From an uncultured Alphaproteobacteria bacterium (GTDB lineage: Bacteria; Pseudomonadota; Alphaproteobacteria; Rhizobiales; Xanthobacteraceae): a stretch of DNA of 64,000 bases. Under the pieces are notes generated by a model. It was not told where the DNA came from. It worked only from the letters and a program-made list of their open reading frames with translations, and searched no databases. Each line of letters begins with the position of its first letter. The stretch's first letter is position 1. Location of the stretch: NCBI GenBank assembly GCA_963747855.1, contig CAVVGN010000005.1:179304-243303 (forward strand). The letters are read 5' to 3'. Made by a program: the position numbers and the translations under genes. Positions 20,234 to 30,082 of this stretch are shown one piece after another.

Positions 20234-20898
20234 GCATGCTGGCGGTCGACGTCGAGAAGCGGCTGGGCGCGTTCGCGCTTGCCGCGCGCTACACGGCCTC
20301 CGGCGGCGTTACGGCCCTGTTCGGCCCATCGGGTTCCGGCAAGACCACCATCGCCAATTTGATCGCCGGCCTGATCGCACCCGACCGCGGCACGATCGCG
20401 CTCGACGATACTGTTCTGTTCGATGCCGCCACAGGGATCAACGTGCCGCCGCACCGGCGGCGGATCGGTTACGTATTCCAGGAAAGGCGGCTGTTTCCGC
20501 ATCTGAGCGTCCGCAAAAATCTCGATTACGGCCAGCGCATGAGCCGGCACGTTTATGACATGAAAGAGTTCGCGCGCATCTCGCAATTGCTCGATGTTGG
20601 CTATTTGCTCGACCGCCGAATCCGCGACCTCTCCGGCGGCGAGCGCCAGCGTATTGCCGTCGGCCGTGCGCTATTGATGCGCCCTCGGCTGCTTTTGCTC
20701 GACGAGCACCTGGCTTCGCTCGACGCCGCGCGCAAGCACGAAATCCTGCCGTTTCTCGTGCGGCTGCGCGACGAGGCACATGTGCCCATGGTCTATGTCA
20801 GCCACGACGCCGCGGAATTACGCCAAATTGCCACCAACGTGGTGCGGCTTGACGCCGGGCGCGTGGTCGCACCCGGCGGGATCGAGCTTCTCGACTAG
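20230..20898 (+). CDS. modC: Molybdate ABC transporter ATP-binding protein (short form, no C-terminal Mop domain)
   Basis: GPSGSGKTT Walker A, LSGGERQR signature and LLLLDE Walker B. ATG overlaps the modB stop. The 445-aa track ORF 19561..20898 is this gene extended upstream, where it overlaps modB out of frame. Confidence 0.85.
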   Translation: MSMLAVDVEKRLGAFALAARYTASGGVTALFGPSGSGKTTIANLIAGLIAPDRGTIALDDTVLFDAATGINVPPHRRRIGYVFQERRLFPHLSVRKNLDYGQRMSRHVYDMKEFARISQLLDVGYLLDRRIRDLSGGERQRIAVGRALLMRPRLLLLDEHLASLDAARKHEILPFLVRLRDEAHVPMVYVSHDAAELRQIATNVVRLDAGRVVAPGGIELLD

Positions 20899-20977
20899 CG
20901 AAGTTTCGCTTCGGCCGGGCGGCGCTTATCATCGCGGTCGCCGCGGACTATCATGCAGCGTTGTTCGTCTTCCCTCC

Positions 20978-21874
20978 ATGAACGTGATGGACCTTTCATC
21001 GTCGCCGGCCAGATCTTCAGCGGCGCTTGGCCTCGCTTGCGGCATTGGCGCCGCGGTGTGCTGGGCGCTCGGTTTTGTCGCCGCCCGCCACGGCGTCACT
21101 GCCGGCCTATCGCCAATCGTCATCGCCCTGCACCGCTTCATCTGGCCGGGACTGGCGCTGCTGCCGTTTGCCGCACGCGGCGGATTCACCGATATCCGCC
21201 GGTTGGGGGTATGGCGCAGCCTCATCCTTACGCTGGTCGGCGGATTGCCGCTCGCCATCCTAAGCTACGCTGGCTTTCTGTTCGTGCCGCTTGGCCACGG
21301 CGGCGTCATCCAGCCCTCATGCGCCTCGCTCGGCGGCTTGTTGCTTGCTTGGCTGGTGCTGCGCGAACCGCTGCCGGCGCGCCGCATCGCCGGAGCGCTG
21401 GCCATCGTTGCCGGCCTCGTCGTGATTGGGGCCGAGGCGCTACACACGATCGGCGCGCACGGATTGATCGGCGACCTGATGTTCGCAGCCGCCGGCTGCT
21501 CGTTTGCGACGTTTGGCATGCTGTTGCGGCTGTGGCGGATCGAGGCCATGCCAGCGGTGGCGGTAACCAGCGTCGTTTCGCTGCTCGGCCTGCCGCTGGT
21601 ACCGCTTTACTCGGATAATATTTCCGCCGCTGGATTCTTCGAGAATCTTTTACAAGCCGTCGTGCAAGGCGGATTCGCCTCGGCCGGAGCGATTTACCTC
21701 TTCGCCCGCGGAGCCTTGCTGCTCGGCGCCAGCCGCGCCGCCGTGTTTCCCTCGCTGGTGCCGCCGTCGACATTATTGATCGGGTATCTCGCGCTCGGCA
21801 TCGTGCCGAGCGTTTGGCAGCTTGCAGGGCTGGTGATCGTCGTCGTCGGCTTTCAGCTGACGCAGCGCGGCTGA
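20978..21874 (+). CDS. EamA/DMT-family transporter
   Basis: 298 aa, about 10 TM, two EamA-like halves. Confidence 0.75.
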   Translation: MNVMDLSSSPARSSAALGLACGIGAAVCWALGFVAARHGVTAGLSPIVIALHRFIWPGLALLPFAARGGFTDIRRLGVWRSLILTLVGGLPLAILSYAGFLFVPLGHGGVIQPSCASLGGLLLAWLVLREPLPARRIAGALAIVAGLVVIGAEALHTIGAHGLIGDLMFAAAGCSFATFGMLLRLWRIEAMPAVAVTSVVSLLGLPLVPLYSDNISAAGFFENLLQAVVQGGFASAGAIYLFARGALLLGASRAAVFPSLVPPSTLLIGYLALGIVPSVWQLAGLVIVVVGFQLTQRG

Positions 21875-21877
21875 AGC

Positions 21878-23059
21878 TCACGCCGCCTTGCGGTTCGCCA
21901 GGAATTCGCCGATGCGGTCGAGCGCGCGCACGATGTTCTCGGTCGAATTGGCGTAAGACACCCGCAAATAGCCTTCGGCGAGCACGCCGAAATCCGGCCC
22001 GCCGATCAGCGCCACCCCGGAATCTTCCAAGAGCGCCGAAGCGAGCGGCTTTGCCTTCCAGCCGGTGCGCTTGATGTTCGGGAACGCGTAGAACGCGCCT
22101 TTCGGCGTCGCGCACGACATCCCCGGCAACCGGTTGAGGCCTTCAACCACGACTTTCCGGCGCTTGTCGAATTCCGCCACCATTTTCGTCACTTCGTCCT
22201 GTGGACCAGTAAGCGCGGCAAGCCCGGCATATTGGGTGGAGGCGTTGACGCAGGAATGCAGGTTGACCGCGAGTTTGCGCGCATAGTCGTAAAGCTTGCC
22301 CGGCCAGATCGCGTAACCCAGGCGCCAGCCGGTCATGGCGTAGGTCTTCGACCAGCCATTGAGCACAATCAGACGATCGCGGATCGAGGGATATTGCAGC
22401 AAACAGACATGCGTCTCGCCGTCGTAGAGCGTGTGATCATAAATCTCGTCCGACATCACCGCCACGTCGGGGAAGCGCGCCAGGCCGGCGATCAACTTGT
22501 CGACCTCCGTCTTCGGCGTGACGCCGCCAGTCGGATTGGCCGGCGAGTTGAGAATGAGCAGCCGCGTCTGCGGCGTGATCAGGTTCAACGTCTCGTCAGC
22601 GGAAAAGGCGAAATTATTTTCTTCGCGGATCGGCACCGGCACCGGGCGCGCGCCGGTGAACTCGATCATCGAGCGGTAAATCGGAAAGCCCGGGTCGGGA
22701 TAGAGAATGTCCGCGCCCCGCTCGCCGAACATCAGGATCGACATGAACATGGTCGGCTTGCCGCCGGGGAAGATCATCACCTCGTCGGGCGACACGTTGA
22801 CCTTGAAACGCTCGTGCAGATCGGCGGCGACCGCCTCGCGCAACGGCAGTATACCGACCGCCGGCGTGTAGCCGTGATGGCCGTCGCGCAGCGCCTTGAC
22901 CGCCGCCTCGACGATGAAATCCGGCGTGCGGAAATCCGGCTGGCCGATGCCGAGATTGATGATGTCGCGCCCGGCCGCGGCGAGTTGAGTGGCGCGGGCC
23001 AGCACGGCGAAGGCGTTCTCCTCGCCGATGCGATCGAAGGCGGCGGCGGTCTTCAACAT
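21878..23059 (-). CDS. Class I/II PLP-dependent aminotransferase (aspartate aminotransferase-like)
   Basis: 393 aa: INLGIGQPDF, NSPANPTG and the SKTYAMTGWRLGY lysine motif. Confidence 0.85.
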   Translation of the reverse strand: MLKTAAAFDRIGEENAFAVLARATQLAAAGRDIINLGIGQPDFRTPDFIVEAAVKALRDGHHGYTPAVGILPLREAVAADLHERFKVNVSPDEVMIFPGGKPTMFMSILMFGERGADILYPDPGFPIYRSMIEFTGARPVPVPIREENNFAFSADETLNLITPQTRLLILNSPANPTGGVTPKTEVDKLIAGLARFPDVAVMSDEIYDHTLYDGETHVCLLQYPSIRDRLIVLNGWSKTYAMTGWRLGYAIWPGKLYDYARKLAVNLHSCVNASTQYAGLAALTGPQDEVTKMVAEFDKRRKVVVEGLNRLPGMSCATPKGAFYAFPNIKRTGWKAKPLASALLEDSGVALIGGPDFGVLAEGYLRVSYANSTENIVRALDRIGEFLANRKAA

Positions 23060-23212
23060 GCCGCCAGTTCAGCGCAATTGCCCCGCGAAGGCAAACACTC
23101 GCTCCATCATGTTGCATCGCAGCATTTTGTCTCAGCGCGCCGTCCGTTTGGGGTTCGCGCTAGCGTCAATTCGGTCTATCTAGAGTCTCGCGGGTGAGGG
23201 CGTGCGGAGACG

Positions 23213-25015
23213 GTGATGACCAAAAGCGACGGTTCGCGCCCGCGACTGCGCTCGCAATTGTGGTTCGACAATCCCGACAGTCCGGGTATGACCGCGCTCT
23301 ATCTCGAGCGCTACCTGAATTACGGCCTCACCCGCGCGGAACTCACCTCCGGCAAGCCGATCATCGGCATCGCGCAGACCGGCTCCGATTTAAGCCCGTG
23401 CAACCGGCATCACATCGAGCTTGCCAAGCGGGTGCGCGAGGGCATCCGCGACGCCGGCGGCGTCGCTTTCGAATTTCCCGTCCACCCGATTCAGGAAACC
23501 GGCAAGCGGCCTACTGCGGCGCTCGACCGCAACCTCGCCTATCTCGGATTGGTGGAGGTGCTTTACGGCTATCCGCTCGACGGCGTGGTGCTGACCACCG
23601 GCTGCGACAAGACCACGCCGGCCGGCCTGATGGCGGCGGCCACCGTCAACACGCCCGCGATCGTGCTGTCGGGCGGGCCGATGCTCAATCACGTTTACAA
23701 CGGCAAGCTCGTGGGCTCGGGCACGCTGATCTGGCAGGCGCGCCAGGGCCGCGCCGCCGGCAAGATCGACTACCGGGAATTCATCGACATCGTCGCTGAG
23801 TCGGCGCCGTCGATCGGCCATTGCAACACCATGGGAACGGCTTCGACCATGAACGCGCTCGCCGAAGCGCTGGGCATGTCGTTGCCCGGCTGCGCCGCGA
23901 TCCCGGCGCCCTATCGCGAGCGCGCGCAAATCGCCTACAAGACCGGATTGCGCGCGGTCGAGATCGTGCGCGAGGATCTCAAACCCTCCGACATTCTCAC
24001 CCGCGCTGCATTCGAGAACGCCATTGTTGCCTGCTCGGCGATCGGCGGCTCGACCAATGCGCCGATCCATCTCGTCGCCATCGCCCGCCATCTCGGCGTC
24101 GAGCTTTCGATCAAGGACTGGGAGACGATCGGCTACGACGTGCCGCTCCTGGTCAACATGCAGCCGGCCGGCGATTATTTGGGCGAAGATTATTTTCGTG
24201 CCGGCGGCCTACCGGCGGTGATGCATGAACTCCTCGCCGCCGGGCGGATACAGGGCGATACGCGCACCATCAACGGCAAGACCATGGCCGAGAATGTCGG
24301 CCACGCCAAAGCCTACAATGCCGAGGTGATCCGGCCTTACGACAAGCCGCTGAAGGCGAAAGCCGGCTTCCGGGTGCTGCACGGCAATCTGTTCAATTCG
24401 GCAATCATGAAGACCAGCGTGATCTCCGACGAATTCCGCCGCCGCTATTTGAGCAATCCCAAAGACCCGAATGCGTTCGAAGGCCCGGCCGTGGTGTTCG
24501 ACGGACCGGAGGATTATCACCGCCGCATCGAAGACCCAGCGCTGCACATCGACGAACATTCCATTCTGTTCATGCGCGGCGTCGGCCCGATCGGCTATCC
24601 GGGCTCGGCCGAGGTGGTCAACATGCAGCCGCCGGCGGCATTGATCAAAAAGGGCATTACCTCGCTGCCCTGTCTTGGCGACGGACGGCAGTCCGGCACG
24701 TCGGATTCGCCGTCGATCCTTAACGCCTCGCCGGAAGCGGCCGACGGCGGCGGGCTCGCGCTGCTCAAGACCGGCGACCGCGTGCGCATCGACCTCAACA
24801 AGGGCACCGCCGATATGCTGATCTCGGCCGAGGAGCTGGCGCGGCGTCGGGCGGCCTTAACGCAGAGCGGCGGCTACCGCTATCCGCCGAGCCAGACGCC
24901 GTGGCAGGAAATCCAGCGCGCCCTGGTCGATCAGCTCGCCGAAGGTATGGTGCTCGAACCGGCGGTCAAATATCAGCGGGTTGCGCAAAAATACGTTCCG
25001 CGCGACAGTCATTGA
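23213..25015 (+). CDS. IlvD/Edd-family sugar-acid dehydratase (arabonate/xylonate dehydratase-like)
   Basis: 600 aa with [15 protein letters not shown] and [10 protein letters not shown] Fe-S/Mg motifs. The N-terminal [10 protein letters not shown] is characteristic of the pentonate dehydratase branch. Confidence 0.8.
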   Translation: MMTKSDGSRPRLRSQLWFDNPDSPGMTALYLERYLNYGLTRAELTSGKPIIGIAQTGSDLSPCNRHHIELAKRVREGIRDAGGVAFEFPVHPIQETGKRPTAALDRNLAYLGLVEVLYGYPLDGVVLTTGCDKTTPAGLMAAATVNTPAIVLSGGPMLNHVYNGKLVGSGTLIWQARQGRAAGKIDYREFIDIVAESAPSIGHCNTMGTASTMNALAEALGMSLPGCAAIPAPYRERAQIAYKTGLRAVEIVREDLKPSDILTRAAFENAIVACSAIGGSTNAPIHLVAIARHLGVELSIKDWETIGYDVPLLVNMQPAGDYLGEDYFRAGGLPAVMHELLAAGRIQGDTRTINGKTMAENVGHAKAYNAEVIRPYDKPLKAKAGFRVLHGNLFNSAIMKTSVISDEFRRRYLSNPKDPNAFEGPAVVFDGPEDYHRRIEDPALHIDEHSILFMRGVGPIGYPGSAEVVNMQPPAALIKKGITSLPCLGDGRQSGTSDSPSILNASPEAADGGGLALLKTGDRVRIDLNKGTADMLISAEELARRRAALTQSGGYRYPPSQTPWQEIQRALVDQLAEGMVLEPAVKYQRVAQKYVPRDSH

Positions 25016-25050
25016 CGCTTCCTTTTTCAATCGTTCCGCCGGGGTTCGAT

Positions 25051-25896
25051 ATGAGCAGCGCGCGTCCTTCCGTTGCCGACAAGCGCAAGTCCTTCCGCCA
25101 GCTGCACGCGGCCGGCTGCTTTGTCATTCCCAATCCGTGGAATGTCGGCACCGCGCGCTATCTGCAAGGCCTCGGCTTTCCGGCGCTGGCAACCACCAGC
25201 TCCGGCCACGCCCATTCGCTCGGTTTTCCCGACGGCGGGCAGAAGCTCGACGACGTGCTCGCGCATTATCGCGAGATGGCGGCGGCGACCGATGTGCCGC
25301 TCAACGCCGATTTCGAAAACGGCTTCGCCGATGATGCGGACAAGGTGGCTGAAAATGTCATGCGCTGCATCGCCACCGGAATCGCCGGACTCTCGGTCGA
25401 GGACTCGCCGAAGAGCGAGAAGCCGCTTTACGACTTCGACCTCGCGGTGGCGCGCGTCAAAGCCGCACGCGCGGCGATCGACCGCGCAGGCGGCGAGGTG
25501 GTGTTCACCGCGCGGGCGGAAAATTTCATTCGCGGCGTTAACGATCTCGACGACGTGATCCGGCGGATCAAAGCCTACAAGGACGCCGGCGCCGATTGTC
25601 TCTATGCGCCGGGCCTCAAGACGCGTGAGCAGATCGAAGCGGTAGTGAAGGCGGCAGCGCCCAAGCCGGTAAATTTCCTCGGTGGTGGCGCCTTCGGGTT
25701 TACCGTGCAGGACCTCGCGGCGATAGGCGTGCGCCGGATCAGCGTCGGGGGATCTCTGGGGCGCGTGGCGATGGATGCTTTCATCCGCACCGCCACCGAA
25801 ATTGCCAAAGAGGGAAAGTTCGACGGCTTTGCCGGACTGATCAGCAACGCCGAGCTGAATAAATTCTTCAGCGAAGACCGCAAGCGAGTCTCGTGA
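25051..25896 (+). CDS. Isocitrate lyase/PEP mutase superfamily protein
   Basis: FVIPNPWNVGTARYL...ATTSSG...NADFENGF...LSVED, typical of the PEP mutase/ICL fold. Confidence 0.75.
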   Translation: MSSARPSVADKRKSFRQLHAAGCFVIPNPWNVGTARYLQGLGFPALATTSSGHAHSLGFPDGGQKLDDVLAHYREMAAATDVPLNADFENGFADDADKVAENVMRCIATGIAGLSVEDSPKSEKPLYDFDLAVARVKAARAAIDRAGGEVVFTARAENFIRGVNDLDDVIRRIKAYKDAGADCLYAPGLKTREQIEAVVKAAAPKPVNFLGGGAFGFTVQDLAAIGVRRISVGGSLGRVAMDAFIRTATEIAKEGKFDGFAGLISNAELNKFFSEDRKRVS

Positions 25897-26615
25897 CAAC
25901 GCCTTCGGAACCGCACCCGCAAACCGGCCAGCCGGTCGGTTTGCCGGTTGAAATCAGGCCAGCGAAGCGTCCCGGCCCGGTGACGCTCAAGGGCCGCTAT
26001 GGCCATCTCGAAAAACTCGCGCCGGAGTACTTCGCCGATTTGTGGAAGGCTTTCGCCGGGCACGATGCGATCTGGACGTACATTTCCACCGACGGGCCGT
26101 TCGCCAGCGAGCCGGATTTCGCGGCCTTCCTCGCCAAGCGCGCGGCGGCGTCCGACCCCTATGCTTACGCCGTGATCGATGATTCCGGCCGCGCCGTCGG
26201 CTATCTGACGCTGCTGCGGATCGAGCCGGAGATGCGAGTGATCGAGGTGGGTCACGTGCTTTATTCGCCGCTTTTGCAGCGCACGCCGCTCGGCACCGAA
26301 ACTCAATACCTGCTGGCGCGTTACGTGTTCGAGACGCTCGGCTACCGGCGCTACGAATGGAAGTGCAATTCGCTCAACGAAGCTTCGCGCCGGGCAGCCT
26401 TGCGCTACGGCTTCGTGCACGAAGGCACGTTCCGCCAGCATCTGATCGCCAAGGGACGCAACCGCGACAATGCCTGGTTCTCCATGCTCGACAGCGAATG
26501 GCCGGTGCGCAAACGCAACTTCGAACGCCGGCTCGATCCGGATAATTTCGACCGGATCGGCCGGCAGAAGCTCAGCCTTGCGGAAATGAACGCAGCCGGA
26601 AATTCAAGGCGGTAA
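25893..26615 (+). CDS. GNAT-family N-acetyltransferase (RimJ/RimL-like)
   Basis: GYRRYEWKCNSLNEASRRAALRYGFVHEGTFRQH motif block. Confidence 0.8.
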   Translation: MTTPSEPHPQTGQPVGLPVEIRPAKRPGPVTLKGRYGHLEKLAPEYFADLWKAFAGHDAIWTYISTDGPFASEPDFAAFLAKRAAASDPYAYAVIDDSGRAVGYLTLLRIEPEMRVIEVGHVLYSPLLQRTPLGTETQYLLARYVFETLGYRRYEWKCNSLNEASRRAALRYGFVHEGTFRQHLIAKGRNRDNAWFSMLDSEWPVRKRNFERRLDPDNFDRIGRQKLSLAEMNAAGNSRR

Positions 26616-26629
26616 AATTCGAGGCAGTC

Positions 26630-27385
26630 ATGAGTAACAGGCTGGAAGGCAAAGTCGCGTTGATCACCGCCGCCGGGCAAGGCATCGGCCGTGCCATTGC
26701 GGAAAAGTTCGCCGCCGAGGGCGCGCGCCTGATCGCCACCGACCTCGACCCCAACAAGCTCTCCGGCTTGCGCGGCAAATTGCGCAAGCTCGACGTCCGC
26801 GCACAGGACGACATCGATACGTTCAGCCGCGATATCGCCCGCGAGTTCGGCCCTCTCGATATTCTGGTCAATTGCGCCGGCTACGTTCACCAGGGCACAG
26901 TGTTCGATTGCTCCGACAAGGACTGGGACTTTTCCTTCGACCTCAACGTCAAATCCATGCACCGGATGATCAAGACCTTCCTGCCCGGCATGCTGGAGAA
27001 GAAATCGGGCTCGATCGTCAACATCGCTTCGGCGGTCTCGTCGATCCGCGGCGTGCCGAACCGTTACGTCTACGGCACGAGCAAAGCCGCGGTGATCGGG
27101 CTGACCAAGGCGGTCGCCGCCGATTTCATCAAGCAGGGCATCCGCTGCAACGCCGTTTGCCCGGGCACGATCAAATCGCCGTCGCTTGGCGATCGCATCA
27201 CCGCGGTCTCACAGGAGAGCGGCAAGACGCTCGACGCGGTGCGGGCGGACTTCGTCGCGCGTCAGCCGATGGGGCGGCTCGGCAAGCCGGAGGAAGTCGC
27301 CTGGCTGGCGCTGTTTCTGGCGAGCGACGAGTCGAGCTACATCACCGGCCATACCCATCTCGTCGACGGCGGAATGGCGTTGTAA
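26630..27385 (+). CDS. Short-chain dehydrogenase/reductase (BDH2/2-keto-3-deoxy-sugar-acid dehydrogenase-like)
   Basis: TAAGQGIG cofactor motif, the YGTSKAAV catalytic tetrad region, and a PG motif. Confidence 0.85.
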   Translation: MSNRLEGKVALITAAGQGIGRAIAEKFAAEGARLIATDLDPNKLSGLRGKLRKLDVRAQDDIDTFSRDIAREFGPLDILVNCAGYVHQGTVFDCSDKDWDFSFDLNVKSMHRMIKTFLPGMLEKKSGSIVNIASAVSSIRGVPNRYVYGTSKAAVIGLTKAVAADFIKQGIRCNAVCPGTIKSPSLGDRITAVSQESGKTLDAVRADFVARQPMGRLGKPEEVAWLALFLASDESSYITGHTHLVDGGMAL

Positions 27386-27393
27386 AAACGCGC

Positions 27394-28377
27394 ATGCACA
27401 TTCTCATCACCGGCGCCGCGGGCATGATCGGGCTCAAGCTCGTCGCGCGGCTCGTTGCCGACGGCGCGCTCAAGGGGCGTTCGATCGAAAAGCTTACCCT
27501 TCTCGACGTGATCGCGCCTCAACGTCCGGAAAAATTCGCCGGCAAATTTGCAACCATCTCCGGCGATCTCGCCAATTCGAACATGGCGCGCACGGCCGTT
27601 GCCGAGCGGCCGGACATTATCTTCCACCTTGCCGCTGTCGTCTCCGGCGAAGCCGAACTCGATTTCGCCAAAGGCATGCACGTCAATTTCGACGGTTCAC
27701 GTGCGCTATTCGAAGCGATCCGCGCTGGCGGCGGCGATTATAAGCCGCGCGTTGTCTTCTCCTCCTCAATTGCGGTGTTCGGCGCGCCGTTCCCGGATGC
27801 GATCCCGGATGAATTCTTTCTGACGCCGCTGACCTCCTATGGCACGCAGAAGGCGATGGCCGAGCTTTTGCTCGCCGATTACACCCGCCGCGGCTTCCTC
27901 GACGGAATCGGCGTCAGGCTGCCGAATATCGTGGTGCGGCCGGGCAAGCCGAACAAGGCGGCGTCGGGATTCTTCTCTTCGATCATCCGCGAGCCGCTGG
28001 CCGGCGAGGATGCCGTCCTGCCGGTCGGCGACGGGGTGCGCAACTGGCACGCCAGTCCGCGCGCAGCGGTTGGCTTTCTCGTCCACGCCGCCGCGCTCGA
28101 CGCGAAAGCGCTCGGCCCGCGCGTCAACCTCACCATGCCCGGGTTCTGCTGCACGGTCGCCGAGCAAATCGCGACGTTGCGCCGGATCGCGCGCGCCAAG
28201 GTTGTGGCCCGCATCCGCCATGTCCCAGACCCGCTGATTGCCGGCATCGTTGCCGGCTGGCCGGCACGCTTCGACGCCCGCCGCGCGATCGCGTTCGGCT
28301 TCAAAGCCGAAGATTCGTTCGACGCCATTGTCCGCGCCCATATCGACGACGAACTCGGCGGGCGCATCGTTTCGTAA
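27394..28377 (+). CDS. NAD-dependent epimerase/dehydratase-family enzyme, D-erythronate dehydrogenase (DenD)-like
   Basis: MHILITGAAGMIG...IFHLAAVVSGEAE...TSYGTQKAM...RPGKPNKAASGFFS. Resembles the DenD family from memory. Confidence 0.65.
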   Translation: MHILITGAAGMIGLKLVARLVADGALKGRSIEKLTLLDVIAPQRPEKFAGKFATISGDLANSNMARTAVAERPDIIFHLAAVVSGEAELDFAKGMHVNFDGSRALFEAIRAGGGDYKPRVVFSSSIAVFGAPFPDAIPDEFFLTPLTSYGTQKAMAELLLADYTRRGFLDGIGVRLPNIVVRPGKPNKAASGFFSSIIREPLAGEDAVLPVGDGVRNWHASPRAAVGFLVHAAALDAKALGPRVNLTMPGFCCTVAEQIATLRRIARAKVVARIRHVPDPLIAGIVAGWPARFDARRAIAFGFKAEDSFDAIVRAHIDDELGGRIVS

Positions 28378-28405
28378 GCCGCACAAAATGTTTTTCCCGT
28401 GCTAA

Positions 28406-29131
28406 ATGGCGGTTATGCGTTTTGGTTCGACGCTGATCGAGGCGACGCTGGCGCGCCGCTATAAGCGCTTCCTCGCCGATGTGGTGTTGCCCTCCGGCGA
28501 GGTGATGACCGTCCACGTCGCCAATCCGGGCGCCATGACCGGCCTCGACCGGCCGCTGTCGCGGGTGTGGCTGTCCGATTCCGGCAATGCGTTGCGCAAA
28601 TACCCGCATACTTGGGAACTGGTCGAAACCGATCTGGGCAGCGGGCCGGAGATGGTCGGCGTCAATACCGGACAGCCGCACCAGCTGGTCGCCGACGCGC
28701 TGGAGGCCGGCCTCATCCCGGAATTGCGCAATTACCCGAATGTCCGGCGCGAGGTGAAATACGGCGAGAATTCGCGGGTGGATTTCCTGCTCGACGATCC
28801 GAAGCGGCGGCCCTGCTATCTCGAGGTCAAGAACGTCCACCTAATGCGCAAGCCGCGGCTCGCAGAGTTCCCCGACAGCGTGACGGCGCGGGGCGCCAAG
28901 CATCTGCGCGAGCTGTCCGGCGCGCTCGCTACCGGCGCCCGCGCTGTGCTCCTGTTCGTCATCCAGATTCCATCGGCGGAGCGTTTCACCATCGCCCGCG
29001 ACATCGATCCGGCCTATGCCGCCGCGTTCGACCGCGCCCGCGCGCTCGGCGTCGAGATGCTGGCATGGCGCTGCAAAGTCACGCTCGACGGCATCGAGAT
29101 CGCCGCCCAGGTTCCGATCGTCGATGGCTAG
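28406..29131 (+). CDS. sfsA: Sugar fermentation stimulation protein A (DNA-binding/nuclease-like)
   Basis: RYKRFLADV...VHVANPGAM...YLEVKNV...FPDSVTARGAKHLREL. Confidence 0.85.
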   Translation: MAVMRFGSTLIEATLARRYKRFLADVVLPSGEVMTVHVANPGAMTGLDRPLSRVWLSDSGNALRKYPHTWELVETDLGSGPEMVGVNTGQPHQLVADALEAGLIPELRNYPNVRREVKYGENSRVDFLLDDPKRRPCYLEVKNVHLMRKPRLAEFPDSVTARGAKHLRELSGALATGARAVLLFVIQIPSAERFTIARDIDPAYAAAFDRARALGVEMLAWRCKVTLDGIEIAAQVPIVDG

Positions 29132-29244
29132 GCGGATGGCCGCAGCGCCGCCGCGGCTTGCTTGCGTTGCGCCCGCCCATGCTTACATTGTGTTTCCAGC
29201 GGCGGCTTCCGGCCGCCCTTATTCGCGGCTGAAGCTCCAACGCC

Positions 29245-30069
29245 ATGACTTACGTCGACGCGGCCGTCGCGCCGCTCCGCAAAACCGGACAGATAAAGCT
29301 CTACGGCCCGGCCGCGTTCGCCGGCATGCGCAAGGCCGGACGGCTGGCAGCCGAGTGTCTCGACATGCTGGCAGACGAGATCCGGCCCGGCGTGACCACC
29401 GAGCACATCGACCGGCTGGTCTACGATTTCGGCTACGACCACGGCGCGGCGCCGGCGACACTGATGTATCGCGGTTATCGCAAGGCGACGTGCACGTCTG
29501 TCAATCACGTGGTCTGCCACGGCATTCCGTCGGAGAAGCCGCTGCGCGAAGGCGACATCGTCAACGTCGACGTGACGTTGATCCTTGACGGCTGGCACGG
29601 CGATTCGAGCCGCATGTATGCGATTGGCGAAATTCCCCGCCGCGCCGAGCGTCTGATCGACGTCACTTACGATGCGATGATGCGCGGCATTGCCGTCATC
29701 AAGCCCGGCGCCACCAGCGGCGACATCGGCCATGCCATCCAAACTTTCGTCGAAGCGCAGCATATGAGCGTAGTGCGCGACTTCTGCGGCCACGGCCTCG
29801 GGCGACTGTTCCATGACGAGCCGAACATCGTCCATATCGGCCGGCCCGACGAAGGGATCGTACTCAAGGCCGGGATGTTCTTTACCGTCGAGCCGATGAT
29901 CAATCTTGGCCGCCCGCACGTGAAGGTGTTGTCCGACGGCTGGACGGCGGTGACCCGCGACCGTTCGCTGTCGGCACAGTTCGAGCATTCAGTCGGCGTG
30001 ACCGAAACTGGCGTCGAGATTTTCACGCTCTCGCCGAAAGGCTTTACCAAGCCGCCCTACCGGGCGTGA
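29245..30069 (+). CDS. map: Type I methionine aminopeptidase
   Basis: VCHGIP...NVDVT...GDSSRMY...FCGHGLG...FTVEPM...EHSV metal ligands. Confidence 0.95.
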   Translation: MTYVDAAVAPLRKTGQIKLYGPAAFAGMRKAGRLAAECLDMLADEIRPGVTTEHIDRLVYDFGYDHGAAPATLMYRGYRKATCTSVNHVVCHGIPSEKPLREGDIVNVDVTLILDGWHGDSSRMYAIGEIPRRAERLIDVTYDAMMRGIAVIKPGATSGDIGHAIQTFVEAQHMSVVRDFCGHGLGRLFHDEPNIVHIGRPDEGIVLKAGMFFTVEPMINLGRPHVKVLSDGWTAVTRDRSLSAQFEHSVGVTETGVEIFTLSPKGFTKPPYRA

Positions 30070-30082
30070 GCGCGTCGCCGCT

